A stretch of DNA of 64,000 nucleotides. It comes from a virus. The notes below the pieces were generated by a model, which did not search any database, was not told the origin of the DNA, and worked only from the letters and a program-made list of their open reading frames with translations. A program made the position numbers and the translations under genes. Below are positions 1-8,384 of the stretch, in pieces (the stretch's first letter is position 1; each line of letters starts with the position of its first letter). Location: positions 32,001-96,000 of the IMG/VR virus record IMGVR_UViG_3300045988_102159; one strand, 5' to 3'.

Positions 1-255
1 CCCGTTCTTAAAATCTCTTATGGTCTGTGCGAGTCTCAAGAGCGCTTTATGATGCTTGTCCAGATTCCAGAGTGTGGCGGCTTTGACCTAAACTTCGCCG
101 ATCGGTTAAGAAAATCTGTCGCAAAGAAGGACCCGGCTGGATACAAGGCTTGTGAAAAGGAATACTTTGAACGAGTCCAAGAACGCGGCTTGAGTAAAAA
201 CCTTTGCAATTACGTATGGAACGTATGTGTCGCAACAAGTCGAGGATATGGCTTT
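1..255 (+). CDS. dnaE: DNA polymerase III alpha (DnaE-like) replicase, upstream exon; 5' end outside window
   Basis: Frame 1 is open from nt 1 (..VWNVCVATSRGYGF) and stops follow at once. Joining to nt 541 gives ..RGYGF|NLSHTLAYS.., the conserved Pol III alpha YGF-N-x-SH block. Confidence 0.75.
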
Positions 256-540
256 AAAACGAATTGAAGCCCTATATAGTGATATATAGTACAAATTGCC
301 TAACATGCGGGAAACTCCTAAAACTTTATATTACTAAACTAATACAGCAATGTATTAGCGGCAAAGAGTAATGTCTGAGATATAGTAATAAGATATAAAG
401 ATATGTGGACAATCCGCAGCGAAGTTTCTATTTAAAATAGAAAAACGTTCAGAGACTATAATGGCACATCTTATATAAGATGAAGGTATAGTCCAGACAG
501 CAACCAGTTTACTGGGCTTATGAAAATTAGTGCTGTAAAG
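256..540 (+). ncRNA. group I self-splicing intron, ORF-less (285 nt), in dnaE-like gene
   Basis: Exon end GGCUUU pairs with guide GAAGCC (266-271, G.U at the splice site). The adjacent AAUU (262-265) pairs with the first exon-2 bases AAUU. A T4 td-intron-like block GACAATCCGCAGC lies at 408-420. The last base is G540 and all frames are stop-rich. Confidence 0.8.
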
Positions 541-1893
541 AATTTGAGCCATACTTTGGCTTACTCACTTGTAGCCCTTCAAGAAATGAATCTTGCTTAC
601 AAATACCCTATTATCTTTTGGAATTGCGCAAACTTAATTGTAGATAGTGGTACAATTGAAGGTATTGATGACAAAACATCTGATTATAATAAGATTGCAC
701 GTGCCGTCAATAAAAACAAATTAGCAGGAATTAAAGTATCGCTTATTGACATAAATAAGTCAGAGCTATCTTTCACGCCAGACGCAGAAACAAATACAAT
801 TCATTATGGTCTTGGCGGTTTACAAGGTGTAGGCAACGAAGTCGCGCAAACGATTATCAATAATCGCCCATATAATTCTATAGAAGATTTTATGGATAAG
901 ACAAAAGTAAATAAAACAGTTATGGTTTCCTTAATTAAATCTGGAGCTTTTGACCAATTCGGCAAACGCAAAGATATTATGAAGCAATATCTATATACTA
1001 CAATCAATCCCAAAAAACGTTTAACTATGCAGAACTTTAATGCACTTATCGAAAATAATCTTGTGCCGCAAAAACTCAAATTCCAAAAGCAAGTATTTAA
1101 TTTTAATAAAGGGCTGAAAAAAGATTACAAATATAATGCAGATTATTTTGCATTAGAGGGTGTTTACTACAAATTTTATGTTAAGTTTTTCAATGAAGAT
1201 AATATTGAACCAATAGACAATAAGCTATGTTTAAACAAAAAGGCATGGAAAAAAGAATATAATTCAGTAATGAGTGCGGCCAAACAATATATTGCGGATA
1301 ATCAACAAGAGCTATTAGATAAGTTAAACAATAAAATGTTAAAAGATGCTTGGAATAAATATGCGGCAGGTACAATTTCTCATTGGGAAATGGAAAGTCT
1401 AGGCATGTATTATCATAAGCATGAATTAGTTAATATTGATAGTTCATTATATGATATTGTAGATTATACGAAACTTAACCGCACGCCTATTGTAGATTAT
1501 ACATTTAAGCGTAACGGCGCGGAGATTCCAATTTTTAAAACTTTTAAAATTGCTGGAACAGTTATTGCAAAAGATGAAATGCACTCACAAATTACTTTAC
1601 TTACTACTACTGGCGTAGTGGAAGTTAAAATGTCTAAAGAATATTTTTCACAATACAATAAACGTATTAGTGAAGTCAGACCAGACGGCACTAAAAAAAT
1701 TATGGAACAAGGTTTCTTCCAGCGTGGCACAATGTTGGTATGCAATGGTATTAGACGTGGAGATACTTTCGTATTAAAGGCGTATAAACGTAAAGGAAAT
1801 GTACAGCATCAACTATATAAAATTACGAAAGTAAATAAAGATGGCACCATAGAAATGACCAATAATCGTTATGGCGAAAATGTTGACAATTAA
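541..1893 (+). CDS. dnaE: DNA polymerase III alpha (DnaE-like), downstream exon (C-terminal HhH/OB-fold region)
   Basis: Continuous frame from nt 541 (NLSHTLAYSLVALQEMNLAYKYPIIFW..). GLGGLQGVG and an OB-fold-like C-terminus are typical of DnaE. The ORF-track start at 520 lies inside the intron. Confidence 0.8.
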   Translation, partial: NLSHTLAYSLVALQEMNLAYKYPIIFWNCANLIVDSGTIEGIDDKTSDYNKIARAVNKNKLAGIKVSLIDINKSELSFTPDAETNTIHYGLGGLQGVGNEVAQTIINNRPYNSIEDFMDKTKVNKTVMVSLIKSGAFDQFGKRKDIMKQYLYTTINPKKRLTMQNFNALIENNLVPQKLKFQKQVFNFNKGLKKDYKYNADYFALEGVYYKFYVKFFNEDNIEPIDNKLCLNKKAWKKEYNSVMSAAKQYIADNQQELLDKLNNKMLKDAWNKYAAGTISHWEMESLGMYYHKHELVNIDSSLYDIVDYTKLNRTPIVDYTFKRNGAEIPIFKTFKIAGTVIAKDEMHSQITLLTTTGVVEVKMSKEYFSQYNKRISEVRPDGTKKIMEQGFFQRGTMLVCNGIRRGDTFVLKAYKRKGNVQHQLYKITKVNKDGTIEMTNNRYGENVDN

Positions 1894-1911
1894 ATAAAGT
1901 TATGTTATAAT
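1883..1911 (+). promoter_or_regulatory. sigma-A/sigma-70 type promoter
   Basis: TTGACA (1883-1888), 17-nt spacer, TATAAT (1906-1911), upstream of the gene starting at 1962. Confidence 0.55.
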
Positions 1912-1952
1912 ATAGGAGTAAACAAAAAGGAAATGTTTGCTCCTATATTTTT
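1911..1952 (+). terminator. intrinsic terminator after dnaE
   Basis: Hairpin TATAGGAGTAAACA / TGTTTGCTCCTATA (one G.U) followed by T5. The left arm overlaps the -10 box of the promoter above. Confidence 0.6.
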
Positions 1953-1961
1953 GGAGGTTTA

Positions 1962-2588
1962 ATGAAACCAATTGTAATTGGCATTTGCGGTAAGTCGAGT
2001 GCTGGCAAAGATTTTGTTGCCACTCGATTGGTTGAAGAGTATAAGAAGATTGGAATCCCAGCGAAAAAGGTAATCAGTTATACAACTCGTCCTCCAAGAG
2101 AGGGAGAAGTTGACGGCGTAGATTATCATTTCGTTGATTTAGAAACTTTTATTGAAATGCAATATGATAATAAGTTTATTGAACATACCGAGTTTCGCGG
2201 TTGGCGATATGGCACTGCTATTGATTCATTCGATGATGATTGTGTAAATATCTGCGTTCTTAATCCTACTGGTATGTACTCTTTACATAAATACTATCGT
2301 CATACTCGTTCAATTGCGGCATGTGAATTATTTTATCTTAAAGTTCCGTTCTTTACGCGACTTAAACGTTCTATAAAACGTGAACATACTTTTAAATGTG
2401 AGTTTATCAGACGAGCGTTTGCGGACAATCATGATTTCCTAGATTACGATGAATATTTTGGATATATGGAAAATGAGCATCTTCTTCCTTATTGTCATGG
2501 CCGCATAGATTTTGTATCCAAAATTATGAATAATGATAGACTAATTTATGAAACTTCAAAGTTAAAGCATCAACTTTTATCCAAATAA
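1962..2588 (+). CDS. guanylate kinase-like nucleoside monophosphate kinase
   Basis: P-loop GICGKSSAGKD plus the guanylate-kinase signature TTRPPREGEVDGVDYHFV and YGT. RBS GGAGG lies 6 nt upstream. Confidence 0.75.
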   Translation: MKPIVIGICGKSSAGKDFVATRLVEEYKKIGIPAKKVISYTTRPPREGEVDGVDYHFVDLETFIEMQYDNKFIEHTEFRGWRYGTAIDSFDDDCVNICVLNPTGMYSLHKYYRHTRSIAACELFYLKVPFFTRLKRSIKREHTFKCEFIRRAFADNHDFLDYDEYFGYMENEHLLPYCHGRIDFVSKIMNNDRLIYETSKLKHQLLSK

Positions 2589-2674
2589 ACGCATGGACAT
2601 AAGTTTAGAAAGTTTATTAACTAAATTTTATATAATAGAAAGAGGATAAAATGATTTTTCAAGTACGATAAGGA

Positions 2675-3032
2675 GTGTTTGAAACTAATTCAAGCTCAAC
2701 ACATACGTTAACTATCTGCTCAAAAGATGATTTTGACAAGTGGAAACATGGCGAGGTATTCTGGCTTGATAACGATTGGCACAAGTTAGATACAAATAAG
2801 AATTTTGTCACTCCAGAAGAACTGAAAGAGCTTGCGGAAAAGCCTTATGCCGCAAGATAAATGGGATATGTTCTATATGGGTGATGAAGGTAGCTCCACG
2901 ATGTATGTTGATATGGTCAATCGTGAGTTTGCGGCGAATTCTACGTCTGAAACTCGCTATCCTCTTTTGGACAATGTAGAAGATATGTTGAAAGTAATTC
3001 ACCAAGAGAAGAAGGGAAAAGATATTGACTAA
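2675..3032 (+). CDS. hypothetical protein (N-terminus MFETNSSSTH), reading frame interrupted (ORFs 2675-2860 and 2832-3032)
   Basis: Two ORFs overlap in frames offset by +1. The second frame is open only from 2826, so the switch lies in 2826-2858. Possible pseudogene, indel or recoding. Confidence 0.4.
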
Positions 3033-4224
3033 ATATATTACAAAGCGAAATGGAAATAAAGTAGAGTTCGATATTTCTAAGATTGAAAATGCGGTATTTC
3101 GTGCGGCATGTGATGTTTCTGGTACTCATGGATGGACATCAACGTTTTGTCATGAGGTTGCGAAAGATATTGCGCATGATTTTGAAAAAGCTGAGTATTA
3201 TCATGACGGCATGACGGTAGAAGAGATTCAAGATGCTGTTGAAGAACTGCTCATGGGCGATTTTCCGCATGTTGCAAAGTCATATATGATTTATCGTTAC
3301 GAACATCAGATTGCACGCCAGAAACAACTTGACAAAGAGTTTTTTGAAGTAATTGGCAACTATGAAGATGGCTATTGGGCAACAGAAAATTCAAATAAAC
3401 GAGCAGAATTAGTTACAACCCAACGAGACTACCTTGCCGGGGTTGTAAGTAGAGATATTGCAAGAAACTATATTTTCCCAAAAGATATTGTAAAAGCCCA
3501 TGATGAAGGTATTATTCACATTCATGATATGGATTATGCCGCGCAAAAAACCCTTACAAATTGTTGCTTAATTAACTTAGAAGATATGTTGCAGAATGGA
3601 ACCGTTATTAACGGAGTAACTATTGATAAACCACATCGTTTAATCACAGCTTCGACGATTGCAAGCCAAATTATTGCCTGCGTTGCTAGTTCACAATATG
3701 GTGGGTCGTCAATTACACTGACTCACCTTGCTCCTTTTGTTAGGGATAGTTACAATTTATATTTAGAAAAATATAAAAATCGTGGTTTTAGTGAAGAGCT
3801 ATCTATTAAATACGCTAAAGAAGACACAAAGAAAGAAATTGCTGATTCCATCCAGACTTTAAATTATCAAATCAATTCTTTAATGACTACAAATGGTCAG
3901 ACACCTTTCTTGACGATTTTCTTATATCTGAATGAAACCGAAGAGTACAAGGAAGAATTAGCGGCTTTAATTAAAGAAATGCTGAACCAACGAATCCTTG
4001 GCATGAAGAATCGTCAAGGCGTATATGTGACCGTTGCTTTTCCAAAATTAATTTATTGTCTTGAAGAAGATAATATTAAAGAGGGTACTAAATATTGGTA
4101 TCTTACTGAGCTTGCGGCAAAGTGTTCTGCTAAACGTTTAGTTCCAGATTATATTTCAGAAAAAGTTATGAAGCAGCTAAAAGTAGACAGTAATGGTAAC
4201 GGTCATTGCTTCCCTTCGATGGGT
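3025..4224 (+). CDS. nrdD: anaerobic ribonucleoside-triphosphate reductase NrdD, exon 1
   Basis: TTG start and an ATP-cone-like N-terminus (ITKRNGNKVEFDISKIENAV). Class III RNR core. The exon ends ..CFPSMG, exactly 400 codons. Confidence 0.9.
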
Positions 4225-4421
4225 CAGTGTAAACTATAGCCCATATAAAATCTTTTGAATTCGGATAGGACTTAGATTTAAGTTGAGTCCGAGCTAAATA
4301 AATGTGTATCGACTATCTGTGATGAATGTAACAGAGTAAAGTAGTTAAACTACTTGAAGAAAAAGACTATCCAATAAGATAGATGATATAGTCAGTGCGG
4401 CAGGTGACTGCCGATAACATG
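4225..4421 (+). ncRNA. group I intron, ORF-less, very small (197 nt), in nrdD
   Basis: Exon end AUGGGU pairs with guide GCCCAU (4239-4244). Blocks shared with the other introns are present (GAATTCGGATAGG, GAGTCCGAGC, TCGACTATC, GATATAGTC). It ends in G4421. Splicing restores PSMG|CRSFLSVW. Confidence 0.8.
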
Positions 4422-5072
4422 TGTAGAAGTTTCTTATCGGTATGGCCGAAAGATGAAAATAAGTTTTATGGACGTGCAAACATTGGAGTTTGTACAATTA
4501 ATTTACCAGATGCAGCCTTTTCTTCTAATGGTGATAAAGACAAATTCTGGCAACTATTAGATGAACGTGCTGAAATGTGCCACACAGTACACAAAATCAG
4601 GGCAAACCGTATTGCAAATACGCAAGCAAAGGTTGCTCCTATTTTATGGTGTGATGGCGCTTTAGCAAGATTAAAACCAGAAGATACTTTAGGTAAGCTG
4701 GTTTATAGCGGTTATCTTACCGCTTCTCTTGGTATGGCTGGCTTATACGAGTGTACTAAGTATATGACTGGTGAAAGTTTAAGCGAACCAAAAGGCAACG
4801 CATTTGGTAAACAGGTAATGAACTTTTTAAATAAAAAATGTGAAGAGTGGAAAGCCGAAGATGGTATCGCATATTCGCAATACGGTACTCCTTTAGAAAG
4901 CAGCACGTATACGTTTGCTAAAAGTTTAAGAAAGCGTTTTGGAAAAGTAAAAGGAGTAACGGACGATAGAGATTATATTACTAACTCTTATCATATTCCA
5001 GTATTTGAACATATTGACGCTTTCTCTAAGCTGTCTATCGAATCTGGTTTCCAGTCGCTTTGTCAGGGTGGT
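4422..5072 (+). CDS. nrdD: NrdD exon 2
   Basis: In frame (217 codons), CRSFLSVW..GRANIGVCTINLP..FQSLCQGG. The ORF-track Met at 4395 lies in the intron. Confidence 0.9.
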
Positions 5073-6062
5073 TAGATTCAATATAACCTTTTTGTAGCCA
5101 CCCAAAATCGCGTGAACTGTTATCCAACAGGTGTCTATTTAAAATAGGCTAACGGTAAAAATCATTTGACAATACCGTGCTAAATTATTATAATATAATA
5201 AAAAGTGTACAGACTAATTATTAGGTCGGGGATGGATGCCGTCCGAAGTGCGCGAGGTGTGAAGCAGTGTTTTCCTGCTACGCTAAGATATAGTCGAAAG
5301 GTAAAAAATGAAAAATCAATGTGAAATTTGTGGAAGAGAAACAAATAGAATTTATCACGTTTGGGGATATACTCTATGCTCTAAACATATGCATCAATAT
5401 CATAAATATGGAAAGTTTTTAGATAATAATCCAAGAACCAATAACGATTTAAACGACTTTTATCAAGACAAAGACAATCCAAACATTACATACTTTAATT
5501 TATATAATCAAAAGAATGAGTGCATTGGACGCTTTATTGTAGACACAGAAGACGTATCTAAAATTAGATATAAAAAATGGCGCAAAAGTCATGGTCACGT
5601 TGTAACGGGCTTACCAGCAAAAGGCACCCAACAAGACTTAACTCATATCCTTCTAGACTTTGACCCAAAAGAAGATAGATATATTGTTATTGACCATATT
5701 AACGGGGACGCTTTAGATAATAGAAAGCAGAATCTAAGAATTTGTACACAAGGAGAAAATTGTTGCAATAAAAAACTAGCTTCTAACAATACTAGTGGTT
5801 TTAATGGAATATCTTATAGAAAAGATAAAGATAGATATGACCCAGAAATTAGAATGCAAAACAAAAGATGTCATTTAGGCTACAGCAAAACGCTAGAAGA
5901 AGCAGTTTATAGACGATATGTGGCAGAAGAGCTTGTATTCGAAAACTATGTAAGAGAAGAAGAGCATGAAAAAGCTCGCCTTTTTACTCAAAATCTTCCG
6001 CAAAAGGAAAAAGAACGCTTAGAAAAAATTGTAAAAGCAAAATTAAAAGCTAAAGACCTTTG
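5073..6062 (+). mobile_element. group I intron (990 nt) carrying an HNH homing endonuclease gene, in nrdD
   Basis: Exon end GGGUGGU pairs with guide GCCACCC (5097-5103). GACAATACCGTGCTAAATT (5168-5186) nearly matches the T4 td intron P7-P3' segment. AGATATAGTC lies just before the ORF. It ends in G6062 and splicing restores ..CQGG|AISYIE. Confidence 0.8.
5166..5194 (+). promoter_or_regulatory. sigma-A type promoter inside the intron, upstream of the endonuclease ORF
   Basis: TTGACA (5166-5171), 17 nt, TATAAT (5189-5194). The -35 box overlaps the conserved ribozyme block. Confidence 0.55.
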
Positions 6063-6069
6063 GCAATAA
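5308..6069 (+). CDS. intron-encoded HNH homing endonuclease with AP2-like DNA-binding domain
   Basis: N-terminal Cys/His cluster, HNH motif DHINGDALDNRKQNLRICTQGEN, AP2-like SGFNGISYRKDKDRY..LGYSKTLEEA. The stop codon lies 7 nt beyond the predicted 3' splice site. Confidence 0.85.
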   Translation: MKNQCEICGRETNRIYHVWGYTLCSKHMHQYHKYGKFLDNNPRTNNDLNDFYQDKDNPNITYFNLYNQKNECIGRFIVDTEDVSKIRYKKWRKSHGHVVTGLPAKGTQQDLTHILLDFDPKEDRYIVIDHINGDALDNRKQNLRICTQGENCCNKKLASNNTSGFNGISYRKDKDRYDPEIRMQNKRCHLGYSKTLEEAVYRRYVAEELVFENYVREEEHEKARLFTQNLPQKEKERLEKIVKAKLKAKDLWQ

Positions 6070-6404
6070 GTTATATTGAAACTACAAATCTACAAGGTAA
6101 TATTAAAGCTGTAGAAAAAGTTATTCAATTTATTTATGACCATATTATGTATGCAGAACTAAATACTAAAAGCGATTATTGTCAAGTATGTGGGTACGAT
6201 GGTGAAATTGAATTAAAATATAATGAGGAACAACACAAACATTATTATCAATGCCCAAATTGTGGTAATAAAAATTTTGATAAAATGAATATTGCTCGCA
6301 GAGTTTGCGGTTATATTTCTACCAGCCTCCCAAACGAGGGCCGCTTAGGCGATATTGCAGATAGATATGTTCACATTGATGACCATGAGATTGGTGAAGA
6401 ATGA
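6063..6404 (+). CDS. nrdD: NrdD exon 3 (zinc ribbon and glycyl-radical C-terminus)
   Basis: AISYIETTN.., CQVCG..CPNCG zinc ribbon, and RVCGY glycyl-radical motif. Confidence 0.9.
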   Translation, partial: AISYIETTNLQGNIKAVEKVIQFIYDHIMYAELNTKSDYCQVCGYDGEIELKYNEEQHKHYYQCPNCGNKNFDKMNIARRVCGYISTSLPNEGRLGDIADRYVHIDDHEIGEE

Positions 6405-6925
6405 GATATTTTCAAATAAGGTCAATGGACATTAGCAATGGCATAGGCATTGGCACTAGCGTCTTTCTATCTGGCTGTCATTTCCATTGCAAGAATTGCC
6501 ATAACCAAGAGTTATGGGATTTTAATAGTGGCAATGAATATACCAATGATGCTAAGAATAAAATCTTAAAGACTATCCAACCAAAATGGGTAGAAAGATT
6601 TTCAATTCTAGGTGGAGAACCATTAGAAACAATTAATTTAAAAGAGCTATTAGCTCTTATTGAAAATATCAAGGTATTACGACCTGATATTAAGATTTGG
6701 ATTTATACTGGATACACCTATGAACAGCTCCAAGAGAGAATCAAAAAGAATAAAGACGATTATTATCTAGAACCCATTTTGCGACTCGCTGATGTTCTAG
6801 TAGATGGCCCATTTATCCAAGAGAAGAAAGACTTAACGCTTGCTTTTAAAGGCAGCTCTAATCAACGAGTAATTGACCTTCAAAAGACACATGCGGCAAA
6901 TGATATTGTGCTTTTGGATATTTAA
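6401..6925 (+). CDS. nrdG: anaerobic RNR activating protein NrdG (radical SAM)
   Basis: ATGA overlap with the nrdD stop. CHFHCKNC forms a CxxxCxxC cluster. Size and position are typical. Confidence 0.9.
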   Translation: MRYFQIRSMDISNGIGIGTSVFLSGCHFHCKNCHNQELWDFNSGNEYTNDAKNKILKTIQPKWVERFSILGGEPLETINLKELLALIENIKVLRPDIKIWIYTGYTYEQLQERIKKNKDDYYLEPILRLADVLVDGPFIQEKKDLTLAFKGSSNQRVIDLQKTHAANDIVLLDI

Positions 6926-6927
6926 GT

Positions 6928-6966
6928 ATGAGGGATAGATTTTATTCTATCCCTCATTTTTTTTTA
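6928..6966 (+). terminator. intrinsic terminator after nrdG
   Basis: Perfect hairpin ATGAGGGATAG / CTATCCCTCAT followed by a long T run. Confidence 0.8.
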
Positions 6967-6995
6967 TTGACTTTTACCTTTCAATCTGTTATAAT
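6967..6995 (+). promoter_or_regulatory. sigma-A type promoter
   Basis: TTGACT (6967-6972), 17 nt, TATAAT (6990-6995). Confidence 0.65.
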
Positions 6996-7026
6996 ATAAT
7001 AGAACAAAGAAGAGAAAGGAAACAGC

Positions 7027-7398
7027 TTGGACACTACTATTAATAATTACGAAATTAACAAAAAAATGTATGCCAAGATTACGCCACCTTCACAAGATGA
7101 AGTAAATGCAATGTTCGTCAATGTAGGGGCATGGCTTTCAACGCATCATAAAAAACATTATTATATGCTACTTAATAATGAACTTCATTATTACACTACC
7201 TTTAATCTTAAAAACCCAAATTATGATAAGATGATTCAAGAACTCAAAGAATGCCTTGCGTTCCGTGGCCGCATTCTCGACATTGAATATCAGCACGCCG
7301 AAGATACTTATCAGATTTGGATTAAAGAATATAAAACCGATAATGTTTATATGTTTATGCTATTTGAAGCAGAAGATTTTGTAATTGAGGTGGAATAA
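7027..7398 (+). CDS. hypothetical protein
   Basis: ORF with TTG start after AGAGAAAGGA. No recognisable motif. Confidence 0.55.
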   Translation: MDTTINNYEINKKMYAKITPPSQDEVNAMFVNVGAWLSTHHKKHYYMLLNNELHYYTTFNLKNPNYDKMIQELKECLAFRGRILDIEYQHAEDTYQIWIKEYKTDNVYMFMLFEAEDFVIEVE

Positions 7399-7646
7399 TG
7401 AATAAGCTAATCGTGGCGGCTTTTCCCGCATCAGCTATTAAGTTTATGGTACAAGGTGATACAGAGCAAGTTGATTCACAGAAGATGTGTTGGTTTCCTG
7501 AATTTGAGGAAAACTTCACTCCATACCTAGAGAAAGAATATGCTATCCAAGAAATTTATGTTCTTGGACCTAAGAGTTATATTCCAGAAGTAGTAAGTAA
7601 AATCAAGGGTCTTACGACTCTACCCGTTATTGAGGAAGGTATTTAA
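7398..7646 (+). CDS. hypothetical protein
   Basis: ATG overlaps the preceding stop (TAATG) and GAGGTGG RBS lies upstream. Confidence 0.6.
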   Translation: MNKLIVAAFPASAIKFMVQGDTEQVDSQKMCWFPEFEENFTPYLEKEYAIQEIYVLGPKSYIPEVVSKIKGLTTLPVIEEGI

Positions 7647-7648
7647 TT

Positions 7649-7960
7649 ATGCGCCATTACGTTATCAAGAACACTGCCGAGTATCGTGTTGAGACGATTG
7701 AAGATGTAGTAGCTTTTCGTGAAGAACTACAGAAGCAGGCCGCACAGGATGGTTATTCTCTATCTGCATTTAGCTATTCCGAAAAGCTAGTTAAGGAAAA
7801 GGGAATTGTGGTAGATTCGTTCTATCAAGTTAAAGCTGTATTTACTGTAAATGATATTAAGGAGCCTACAATCCCTATCTTTGATGTAGAGTTACCTTAC
7901 GCGGCAGAGTCTATGCTTTCTACTAATGACGATGATAGTGAGGATGATATTTTTGAGTAA
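7649..7960 (+). CDS. hypothetical protein with acidic C-terminal tail
   Basis: RBS GAGGAAGG upstream. The C-terminus is STNDDDSEDDIFE. Confidence 0.6.
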   Translation: MRHYVIKNTAEYRVETIEDVVAFREELQKQAAQDGYSLSAFSYSEKLVKEKGIVVDSFYQVKAVFTVNDIKEPTIPIFDVELPYAAESMLSTNDDDSEDDIFE

Positions 7961-8384
7961 TTCAGAAACTATTAAGATTCGTTATATTAATTCTCCTAAG
8001 CTAGAGCAGAATGAAAAAGGTGGTTGCATTGATTTATATAATGCAAATGAAATTACTTTAAAGAAAGGAGACTGGGGTTTTATTCATCTAGGCATTTCTA
8101 TGAAACTACCAGATGGATATGACGCTATTCTTCTGCCTAGGTCTTCAACCTTTAAGCGTTATGGTATTCTCTTAACGAACGGAGCTGGATATATCGACAA
8201 TAGTTTTAATGGGTCTGATGATGAATGGCTCGCTTGCGTATTAGCGACGCGAGATATTACAATTCCAAAAGGCGTTAGGTGCTTTCAATTCCGTTTACTT
8301 AAACAGCAGGCTGATATAACCTTTGAAGAAACAGATAGTTTGAATTTAAACAACAGAGGGTCGTATGGCAGCTCAGGGGTCTAA
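7926..8384 (+). CDS. dut: dUTP diphosphatase (trimeric dUTPase)
   Basis: Motifs LLPRSS, GAGYIDNSFNG and NRGSYGSSG. The true start may be an internal ATG or TTG (7944-7953) because the 5' end overlaps the previous gene. Confidence 0.85.
   Translation: MTMIVRMIFLSNSETIKIRYINSPKLEQNEKGGCIDLYNANEITLKKGDWGFIHLGISMKLPDGYDAILLPRSSTFKRYGILLTNGAGYIDNSFNGSDDEWLACVLATRDITIPKGVRCFQFRLLKQQADITFEETDSLNLNNRGSYGSSGV

Noticed and set aside
520-540. ORF-track start codons at 520 (MKISAVK..) and 4395 (MRQVTADNM..), which suggest independent genes.
   Set aside because: Neither has an RBS. The residues before the splice junctions are unrelated to DnaE or NrdD, and the junction models restore conserved motifs, so these are intron sequence that happens to be open.
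2604-2636. Possible promoter before the MFETNSSS gene (TATAAT at 2631-2636).
   Set aside because: There is no acceptable -35 hexamer at 16-18 nt spacing and no TG extension, so only the -10 box is present. It is left unannotated.
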